Origin: a virus
Virus record (IMG/VR): IMGVR_UViG_3300000060_000001
Length of the DNA stretch: 43,240 nt
Reading direction: 5' to 3' (one strand)
Shown here in pieces: positions 32,996 to 38,226 of the stretch. Below the pieces are notes generated by a model that had not been told where the DNA came from, ran no database searches, and saw nothing but the letters and a program-made list of their open reading frames with translations. Made by a program: the position numbers and the translations under genes. The stretch's first letter is position 1. Every line of letters starts with the position of its first letter.

Positions 32996-33061
32996 TGTTT
33001 ACCTCAGTTGATGAACACAACGAAAGCCACCCGCGCAGGTAGCTTTGATTTTGTCCACCGT

Positions 33062-33235
33062 TTACAGCTTCCACAGCCATAGCAAATTGGTAGTGATACC
33101 AATCGCAATAGCATGCACAGGTGGGAGGAAGTAAGCAGCAGCCAAGCCTGCGCTAATGCATACTTTTAGGATAATAGCCGTCTCAATATGACGACGCTCA
33201 ATCCCCCGGAATCGGCCCACGATATTAATGCTCAT
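33062..33235 (-). CDS. Small hydrophobic protein, 57 aa (below the ORF-track cutoff)
   Basis: Hand translation MSINIVGRFRGIERRHIETAIILKVCISAGLAAAYFLPPVHAIAIGITTNLLWLWKL. The start overlaps the end of the preceding micro-gene. Confidence 0.4.
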   Translation of the reverse strand: MSINIVGRFRGIERRHIETAIILKVCISAGLAAAYFLPPVHAIAIGITTNLLWLWKL

Positions 33236-33401
33236 CGCCTAATACCGCCGTGCCAATCATGAACAGCAGCGTACCGCCAGCCATGAGACTGTAGAACAGA
33301 TGCCCTTCCAGTGCCGCCGCTGTCAGATACAGCGAATGAAACAGGAAGTGCATCTTGTGAGCCGCATGGCTGGCCGACGCCTTGCTAAGAGCTAATCGCA
33401 T
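33225..33401 (-). CDS. Small hydrophobic protein, 58 aa (below the ORF-track cutoff)
   Basis: Strong GGAGG-N5-ATG. Hand translation MRLALSKASASHAAHKMHFLFHSLYLTAAALEGHLFYSLMAGGTLLFMIGTAVLGDEH. Confidence 0.45.
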   Translation of the reverse strand: MRLALSKASASHAAHKMHFLFHSLYLTAAALEGHLFYSLMAGGTLLFMIGTAVLGDEH

Positions 33402-33504
33402 TAAACCTCCTACTTGATTGGTTTACGGCTGGCAAACGCCAGCCATACAGTTAGGCCGCCAGTGCTCAGGAACAAGGCGGCCATGTGGATTACTTCTACT
33501 GTAT

Positions 33505-33810
33505 TCACTTCTCTACGCTGAACAGCTCGCGGAACTCAGCGCCCTCAAGGTCGTCGCCATTCAACAGAGCGCTGCCGGATACAGCGGCGATGAGGACCAG
33601 AGGCATCTCACCCAGCGGTGCACTTTTGATAAAGTTTCCATCGCGCAGGTTCGCCGCGATAACGTCGTCGGTGTGACCTTCTGGGATTACACCCATAACC
33701 AGCACGCCTTCATCGCCTTCAACCTGCGCACCAACAACAGGTTGTGAATTGCCTTTGTCGAAGAAGTCTGCGCGAAGACCAGAAACAACGTAGAAAGTTA
33801 CTTTAGCCAT
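33505..33810 (-). CDS. Small acidic early protein, paralog family member (pairs with 33879-34172), 101 aa
   Basis: TTGAGGATTT-N5-ATG. MAKVTFYVVSGLRADFFDKGNSQPVVGAQVEGDEGVLVMGV aligns with MTKLAIISGIAAQYFEDGVSAPVVALVADEGYCLVGCL. Confidence 0.7.
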   Translation of the reverse strand: MAKVTFYVVSGLRADFFDKGNSQPVVGAQVEGDEGVLVMGVIPEGHTDDVIAANLRDGNFIKSAPLGEMPLVLIAAVSGSALLNGDDLEGAEFRELFSVEK

Positions 33811-33833
33811 TTTAAAATCCTCAATAGGTGATT

Positions 33834-33871
33834 GGCATGATTGCCCTACTGCGCCCACATTGTAGGCGCAG
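33834..33871 (-). promoter_or_regulatory. Intergenic hairpin + AATT-core module (CTGCGCC-N9-GGCGCAG, then GGGCAATCATGCC)
   Basis: One of seven reiterated modules. Order is stop, 5-8-bp stem, G/A-rich AATT palindrome-like box, RBS. Confidence 0.5.
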
Positions 33872-33878
33872 ACAGAAA

Positions 33879-34172
33879 TCACGCAGCAGCGTCGAAGTCA
33901 TAAATGACTTCTACAGTGGCATCCTCCAGCCCATTCGAATCTTTAGAGATGCACTGGCCGACAAGCATTGGCCACAGGAATACAGGTGGCAGGTCAGAAC
34001 CATCTGCGCCGCCCTGCTCAATGAAATGAGCTACTACATCTTCTTTTTTGTCTTCACCCAAGCAGCCAACAAGACAGTAGCCTTCATCAGCTACCAGCGC
34101 TACTACAGGAGCAGACACACCATCTTCGAAATACTGCGCAGCGATACCGGAAATGATTGCGAGCTTAGTCAT
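33879..34172 (-). CDS. Small acidic early protein, paralog family member, 97 aa
   Basis: TTGAGGATTT RBS region shared with 33505-33810. Protein similarity by eye. Confidence 0.7.
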   Translation of the reverse strand: MTKLAIISGIAAQYFEDGVSAPVVALVADEGYCLVGCLGEDKKEDVVAHFIEQGGADGSDLPPVFLWPMLVGQCISKDSNGLEDATVEVIYDFDAAA

Positions 34173-34194
34173 GATAAATCCTCAAAGTTATGGA

Positions 34195-34232
34195 GGCATA
34201 ATTGCCACGCTGCCCTCTCAGAGAAAGGACAG
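34195..34232 (-). promoter_or_regulatory. Intergenic hairpin + AATT-core module (CTGTCCT-N9-AGGGCAG, then GGCAATTATGCC)
   Basis: Same architecture as 33834-33871. Confidence 0.5.
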
Positions 34233-34239
34233 CAGGGTA

Positions 34240-34533
34240 TTACGCTACCGCTTCGATAAAGCGGTCAAGTGCTGGGTTGTCAATTTCAAACTCAGCCACT
34301 TGGATAGGGCTATACTGCGCTGCTGATTCAGGGGCGTATGGGCCGCCGCCCATCAGGAAGTGAATCGGTGCATCATCACTCTTCAGCATGCGCTCCACAT
34401 CAGCAATGCCGTCTTCCAGCTTTGCGCCCTCATTCAAGTCGAGGCCGAGTGACGGTGTGCCCTCTACAGGCTCACCCAGCAGAACAATCATGGTTACTTT
34501 ATCGCTGGTGAGCAGTACGTTTACTTTGGTCAT
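34240..34533 (-). CDS. Small acidic early protein, paralog family member (pairs with 34598-34879), 97 aa
   Basis: CCAACCGGAGATT-N4-ATG at 34533. The track's 195-aa version reads through the intergenic module. MTKVNVLLTSDKVTMIVLLGEPVEGTPSLGLDL aligns with MATINFYRVTEDRFVVVVGELRDGAPCIGFQI. Confidence 0.7.
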   Translation of the reverse strand: MTKVNVLLTSDKVTMIVLLGEPVEGTPSLGLDLNEGAKLEDGIADVERMLKSDDAPIHFLMGGGPYAPESAAQYSPIQVAEFEIDNPALDRFIEAVA

Positions 34534-34553
34534 TTTGAATCTCCGGTTGGTAT

Positions 34554-34590
34554 GGCGTAATTGCCGCATTGCCCCCTCGTAAGGAGGCAA
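34554..34590 (-). promoter_or_regulatory. Intergenic hairpin + AATT-core module (TTGCCTCC-TTAC-GAGGGGGCAA, then GGCAATTACGCC)
   Basis: Same architecture as the other modules. Confidence 0.5.
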
Positions 34591-34597
34591 TAAGGCT

Positions 34598-34879
34598 TTA
34601 CGCGAAATCTTCAGCGTCGATATCTTCAATCTCAAAGCTGGTGTACAGCTCTGGATTTGGGTTCGAAGCTTGCACTTTGGACAAGTCAAGCTGGCCGCCC
34701 TGAAACACGAACATAATACCACCCAGCACTTCCAGCTTTTCACGGAATTCAGTGATTGCACTTTCTGGATTGGACTCAGGCTTAATCTGGAAGCCAATGC
34801 AAGGCGCGCCGTCGCGCAGCTCACCAACTACAACAACAAAGCGGTCTTCAGTGACGCGGTAGAAATTGATAGTAGCCAT
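34598..34879 (-). CDS. Small acidic early protein, paralog family member, 93 aa
   Basis: CCAACCGGAGATT-N6-ATG at 34879. The C-terminal FEIEDIDAEDFA compares with FEIDNPALDRFIEAVA in the neighbour. Confidence 0.7.
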   Translation of the reverse strand: MATINFYRVTEDRFVVVVGELRDGAPCIGFQIKPESNPESAITEFREKLEVLGGIMFVFQGGQLDLSKVQASNPNPELYTSFEIEDIDAEDFA

Positions 34880-34899
34880 TAGGTAAATCTCCGGTTGGT

Positions 34900-34928
34900 T
34901 GACAGAATTGTCATAAAGCCAGCGCTTT
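34900..34928 (-). promoter_or_regulatory. Intergenic hairpin + AATT-core module (AAAGC-GCTG-GCTTT, then TGACAATTCTGTCA)
   Basis: Same architecture as the other modules. Confidence 0.45.
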
Positions 34929-34958
34929 GACACTGACTTGAGTCAATCCCGCTCAGCC

Positions 34959-35237
34959 TTACTCAGCTTCGGCTTCTACCACGCCGATGTGCTCCAGCTC
35001 AACAGGTTCTTCCCAGCGAGCAGCAGCCAGTTCGCTCAGCTCGTCGGCGTCATAGCCAGCCAGCATGAAGGCGATATCCGGTGGTACGCCTGCTTTTTGC
35101 AGTTCAACCAGCACGGCGCTGGCTTCTTCCGGCTCATGAGATTCACGGGCGTGGGCCAGATATTGACCTTGGCTTTCGACAATGTAAGCCAGTACAGATT
35201 TGGAGGTGGTGCCTTTCAGCAGGTACGCGTTTGCCAT
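34959..35237 (-). CDS. Small, very acidic early protein, 92 aa (possible distant member of the same family)
   Basis: AGGAG RBS. The C-terminus ELSELAAARWEEPVELEHIGVVEAEAE is strongly acidic. Confidence 0.65.
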   Translation of the reverse strand: MANAYLLKGTTSKSVLAYIVESQGQYLAHARESHEPEEASAVLVELQKAGVPPDIAFMLAGYDADELSELAAARWEEPVELEHIGVVEAEAE

Positions 35238-35265
35238 GTTAAGTCTCCTACGACTTGGGTTGTGT

Positions 35266-35298
35266 GGTTACAATTCAGGCCACTCAGTGAATGGCCTG
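35266..35298 (-). promoter_or_regulatory. Intergenic hairpin + AATT-core module (CAGGCCA-N9-TGGCCTG, then AATTGTAACC)
   Basis: Same architecture as the other modules. Confidence 0.45.
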
Positions 35299-35305
35299 TC
35301 AGTAA

Positions 35306-35827
35306 TCACGCTACCAGCTTGCGCAGGGCGTCCAGTGTTGCCTGTGGCACATGCACCTTGTCTGCGTCTTCCGGCAGGCCTTCACGGCGCAGCTTATCGG
35401 CCTGTTTAACGTGCTTCTCTGCACGGGCAATCAGGCGCTCCAGCTCGGTCTTCATGTCAAAGCCAGCAAACGGCGCTTCTGGCTTGCACTCCCACCACAT
35501 TTTGGCTTTAGCGTCGTCAATATGCGCTTTGATATACTCCGCGCCCTGCCAGCCGATAAAGCCATCTTTGTTGCCACCCAGCTTGCCTACCTGCAAGCCC
35601 CCGTACTGGACGAACCAGTCGACCAGTGCCTTACCGCGCACTGATTGGCCTAAGCCGTCGACCAAAGTCTGAGCACGAGTGTAGTCACCGTGCTTGTGAG
35701 CGTGCAGCAGGATGCCAACGGCGACATTCTGGATGTCTGCGCGCAGGGATTGGGCTTTCTTGAAAGCGCCGTCGATAGCTTTGTCCAGTGCTTCAGCAGT
35801 AGCGAAACTGGTATATTTAATGCTCAT
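35306..35827 (-). CDS. Hypothetical early protein, 173 aa
   Basis: GAGGTG-N6-ATG at 35827 (the track start at 35836 is GTG). Confidence 0.7.
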   Translation of the reverse strand: MSIKYTSFATAEALDKAIDGAFKKAQSLRADIQNVAVGILLHAHKHGDYTRAQTLVDGLGQSVRGKALVDWFVQYGGLQVGKLGGNKDGFIGWQGAEYIKAHIDDAKAKMWWECKPEAPFAGFDMKTELERLIARAEKHVKQADKLRREGLPEDADKVHVPQATLDALRKLVA

Positions 35828-35850
35828 GATATTCACCTCATTGGTTGATT

Positions 35851-35885
35851 AGGGTAATTCTCATAGCCCAACCATAGCTGGGCTA
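35851..35885 (-). promoter_or_regulatory. Intergenic hairpin + AATT-core module (TAGCCCA-N8-TGGGCTA, then GAGAATTACCCT)
   Basis: Same architecture as the other modules. Confidence 0.45.
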
Positions 35886-35891
35886 TAGGCA

Positions 35892-36152
35892 TTACTCTAC
35901 TACCCGTTCAAAACAGCAAACTGGAAGTGTTGCATAGTAGGCACCGTACTCCGGTCTGTTAGATTCCCATTCGACGATAACCTCGCCAGTGCCGTTAAAA
36001 CATCCATCACTATCGCGGCTGCCAGCGGGTACCAGTGTGCCCTCCACGATAGACTCACCCGCTTTCAGCTCTTCTGCATTTGCGATGCGCCCCGCAAAGC
36101 CTTTTAAGTGTGCAACAACGGATTCAACGCCTACGTAACGATATTTAGCCAT
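35892..36152 (-). CDS. Hypothetical early protein, 86 aa
   Basis: GAGG RBS. ORF track. Confidence 0.65.
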   Translation of the reverse strand: MAKYRYVGVESVVAHLKGFAGRIANAEELKAGESIVEGTLVPAGSRDSDGCFNGTGEVIVEWESNRPEYGAYYATLPVCCFERVVE

Positions 36153-36180
36153 TTTTACTACCTCGCATTTAAGGGGATTT

Positions 36181-36216
36181 AGGTTAACTTCACATAGCGC
36201 CTGTTTAAGACGCTAT
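36181..36216 (-). promoter_or_regulatory. Intergenic hairpin + degenerate AATT-type box (ATAGCG-N10-GCGCTAT, then GAAGTTAACCT)
   Basis: Same architecture, but more degenerate. Confidence 0.4.
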
Positions 36217-36222
36217 AGGCTG

Positions 36223-36288
36223 TTAGCCAAAGACACGAAACAGCACACAGAGAAAAATGACATACACGACAAGCTCGAAGTGAGTCAT
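36223..36288 (-). CDS. Possible 21-aa hydrophobic micro-protein (MTHFELVVYVIFLCVLFRVFG)
   Basis: ATGA translational-coupling overlap with the stop of the 130-aa gene. One TM-length hydrophobic stretch. No other support. Confidence 0.25.
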   Translation of the reverse strand: MTHFELVVYVIFLCVLFRVFG

Positions 36289-36677
36289 TTTGCTACCCAC
36301 ACGTATTTCCCATCGTATGAGAAATCGCCGTTGTAGTCAGTTGGCATGGCATCAGCTGGTGTGCGCTCCGCTTTGCCAGCAGGCACCCAGCCAGCCTCAG
36401 GCTCGACAAGGTACGCATCCATAGTATCCATATCAATACTGAGGATGCAGTCCTGTTCAAACACCTGTTTAGCCAGTATCGCCAGACTCATAACCTCGCC
36501 TTCTGTGTGCACTTCCACACGGATAGACATTTCGTTATGACCTAAGTAGCATCCGGCCACTTGCACCGGATGCACTTGAAACAGGTCAGTAACAGCGCGA
36601 GATAACAGAGCATGCCGCGCCATATTGTTGATGCCGTCGTATTCGTCTCTGTGGGCACTCAGGAATACAGTAAACAT
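36285..36677 (-). CDS. Hypothetical early protein, 130 aa
   Basis: GAGGTG-N4-ATG at 36677 (the track start at 36689 is GTG inside the RBS). Confidence 0.7.
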   Translation of the reverse strand: MFTVFLSAHRDEYDGINNMARHALLSRAVTDLFQVHPVQVAGCYLGHNEMSIRVEVHTEGEVMSLAILAKQVFEQDCILSIDMDTMDAYLVEPEAGWVPAGKAERTPADAMPTDYNGDFSYDGKYVWVAK

Positions 36678-36700
36678 GGTACACCTCACTCATTGGTTAT

Positions 36701-36805
36701 TATCTGGAGAGTAGCCCATCCATTGTGGCGCTTGCTTTCTTCATGCTTATGAGCATATAGCCTCGCTTGAGCATTTGAGCATTTGCCGGATGGGCTACCC
36801 AGATA
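36701..36805 (-). promoter_or_regulatory. Long interrupted stem (18 bp in total, 7 + 11 bp separated by a 3-nt bulge) enclosing 66 nt, 25 nt upstream of the second early gene. RNase III-site-like.
   Basis: Minus-sense UAUCUGG-GUAGCCCAUCC ... GGAUGGGCUAC-ucu-CCAGAUA. The 11-bp part is perfect. The loop contains the tandem CAAATGCT-CAAATGCT and a small ATGCT-CATA-AGCAT hairpin. Confidence 0.5.
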
Positions 36806-37118
36806 AATCACCTCAGAATCGCCCAGAAATTCGCCTTACGTCTTAACGTCATCCCGCATTTGCTTGGGATGCTAACTGGCTTTCAGCCGTCCAGCTCACC
36901 ATTGCTAGCTCGCTTACCAACCTACTAGACCAGACCGTCTATAACGTTGCATCGGGATATGTATGCATACCGCGCCGGAGCGCCTCTCTGTTTTCCCGTA
37001 AGCGGTATCCTTATCGCCCCCTACCTAAGTCCACGCTCGCCGTGGCTCCCGAGTAGGTCACTGACATCTTTTAGGCTTTCACCTCAGGTGGCCGCTTGAC
37101 CTGTGTTGCTTGAGACGT

Positions 37119-37147
37119 ATTACAGCAGACTGAAAACTTGCTGTCAA
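37119..37147 (-). promoter_or_regulatory. Sigma70-type early promoter (TTGACA-17 nt-TGTAAT)
   Basis: -35 TTGACA at 37142-37147 and -10 TGTAAT at 37119-37124 on the minus strand. AT-rich upstream tract. The core is homologous to the promoter at 37733-37762. Confidence 0.65.
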
Positions 37148-37197
37148 TACTATTTTCGAGATATTCATCACATTTCTGTGAATGTCTATCTCATCCA

Positions 37198-37218
37198 GCT
37201 AGTGCCCTGATAGGCTAG
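37198..37218. repeat. Left arm of the 20-21-bp inverted repeat bracketing the first early ORF
   Basis: GCTAGTGCCCTGATAGGCTAG pairs with 37500-37520. As RNA this gives 20 contiguous pairs including one G-U. Confidence 0.85.
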
Positions 37219-37235
37219 CTCGCGCTAGCCATCAC

Positions 37236-37481
37236 TCAATCAACTATACCGCCACCTTTCATACGGGCGTCCAGTGCGGATTGAACATCCGCCAGTGCGT
37301 CATCTACCGCGCCAACGCTCATCCCAAGCACAGTCGATAACCAGTCGTCATCACCTGCAAAGGTAGAATCAATTTCGCGCAGCGTTTCGCGTGCGGCCTG
37401 CAGTTTCGCAGCCCACACAGCCATTTGAATCAGCTGCGCACGTGTATAGTCGAATTTGTACAAGTCAATGTTAATGCTCAT
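37236..37481 (-). CDS. First early protein, small and acidic, 81 aa
   Basis: GAGG-N9-ATG. ORF track. Function unknown. Confidence 0.7.
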   Translation of the reverse strand: MSINIDLYKFDYTRAQLIQMAVWAAKLQAARETLREIDSTFAGDDDWLSTVLGMSVGAVDDALADVQSALDARMKGGGIVD

Positions 37482-37499
37482 GATAGTAACCTCATTCAG

Positions 37500-37520
37500 T
37501 TAGCCTATCAGGACACTAGC
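37500..37520. repeat. Right arm of the inverted repeat bracketing the first early ORF
   Basis: TTAGCCTATCAGGACACTAGC is the reverse complement of 37198-37218 with 2 DNA mismatches, one of which is G-U compatible in RNA. Confidence 0.85.
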
Positions 37521-37524
37521 CAGA

Positions 37525-37536
37525 TTGTTAAAGAGC
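37525..37536 (-). promoter_or_regulatory. rrn-type boxA antitermination element (GCTCTTTAACAA)
   Basis: 12/12 match to the E. coli rrn boxA core GCUCUUUAACAA. It is in sense orientation in the early leader, 4 nt upstream of the 5' arm of the long-range stem. Confidence 0.6.
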
Positions 37537-37732
37537 GTTTGGGATGGCTCAACCTTCTTAGCTCAACGTGTATTGCGTTCGGTAGCTGGCTTATCCGCTC
37601 TTACGTCGAAACTCACCATGCGTTACATTGCTCATCGTCATATTGCGTCTGGTATGTCTTCAGGTACTTAGGCGTCACACCTTCCCCTAGCCATCCCCCG
37701 AATCACGTTACCCTGTGTTTCGGTGTGATTGA

Positions 37733-37762
37733 ATTACAGCACACAACCTAAAAACCTTGCAA
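37733..37762 (-). promoter_or_regulatory. Sigma70-type early promoter (TTGCAA-18 nt-TGTAAT) with an upstream UP-like AT tract
   Basis: -35 at 37757-37762 and -10 at 37733-37738. A second TTGCAA lies at 37770-37775. The tract AGAAAATAATTCGAATTTATTT (37774-37795) lies immediately upstream. Confidence 0.55.
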
Positions 37763-37792
37763 GCTCTTTTTGCAAATAAATTCGAATTATTT

Positions 37793-37886
37793 TCTAAGTG
37801 TATGTATTCAGTAGTAATTTAGTTGAATGGATAAAACATACAGATACCGTTTAAACCCTATTTTTACCATCGTCTAAGTGTATGTA
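37793..37886. repeat. Two direct copies of TCTAAGTGTATGTA (37793-37806 and 37873-37886) in the AT-rich island
   Basis: Exact 14-mers 80 bp apart. This is the only strongly AT-rich segment of the genome. Confidence 0.8.
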
Positions 37887-37901
37887 ATACATAGTTAATT
37901 C

Positions 37902-37930
37902 ATAAAAACTACTATCATGCTAGTGACAGC
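37902..37930 (+). promoter_or_regulatory. Inverted copy (A) of the phage-promoter-like motif (ATAAAAACTACTATCATGCTAGTGACAGC), oriented opposite to all genes
   Basis: 22-nt exact match (37905-37926) to the minus strand at 15911-15932. The wider alignment is 27/29 by eye. It is followed on the plus strand by a purine-rich, T-poor tract like the leader after copy B. Confidence 0.5.
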
Positions 37931-38165
37931 TATCAGCTGGAGCTGGCGATGAGCAAGCGTGAAACGCTGTGAGGCGAATCGGTGAGCGTGAGGAGTCGAG
38001 AGACGTGAGTCTCTGAGACGACGCGCAGCGAACGTGTACCAGTGACAGCGTGTGTACCAGTAGAAGTAACAGGAGTAGACAGTGACGGTGTGACCGTGAC
38101 ACTGACAGCAGGTGAGAGTCCTGTACAGAGTAGAGAGTGAACCAGTGGTGCAGCGAGAGTGTACC

Positions 38166-38206
38166 ATCCCGCACCATCCAACCATCCCCGTGTATCCCCG
38201 TATCCC
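38166..38206. repeat. Five closely spaced ATCC(C) units. On the gene-sense strand these read GGGAT..GGGGAT..GGGGAT..GGAT..GGGAT, a G-run cluster.
   Basis: Units start at 38166, 38176, 38184, 38194 and 38202. Confidence 0.75.
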
Positions 38207-38226
38207 GTCGTGTGCATCACGACAAG

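Noticed and set aside
34868-34880. ATGGCTACTATCA at the start of the 93-aa gene as a fifth promoter-motif copy
   Set aside because: It shares only CTACTATCA and is out of register with the consensus (one ACT unit is missing). It is most likely coincidental codon usage (Met-Ala-Thr-Ile).
31779-34933. N-terminally extended versions of several ORFs in the track (34240-34827 at 195 aa, 34598-34933, 33505-33882, 32364-32729, 31779-32120; likewise 27238-27495, 18821-19348, 21290-21685, 10518-11084, 4670-7375 and 36285-36689)
   Set aside because: The extended starts read through the conserved intergenic hairpin modules or the upstream gene, and several use non-ATG codons. Internal ATGs have good Shine-Dalgarno sequences at 5-9 nt, and these were used instead.
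37596-37603. A lambda-nut-type boxA octamer, CGCTCTTA, on the plus strand
   Set aside because: It is on the wrong strand relative to early transcription, and an 8-mer is expected about once by chance in 86 kb of sequence. Only the 12-nt rrn-type boxA at 37525-37536 was kept.
36690-37760. A tRNA, or a known ribozyme such as hammerhead, in the long non-coding leaders
   Set aside because: I could find no GTTCRAATC-type T-loop or cloverleaf. The CUGAUAG/GAAA strings do not fit the hammerhead core (CUGANGA...GAAA with the proper stems). This cannot be excluded without a covariance-model scan.
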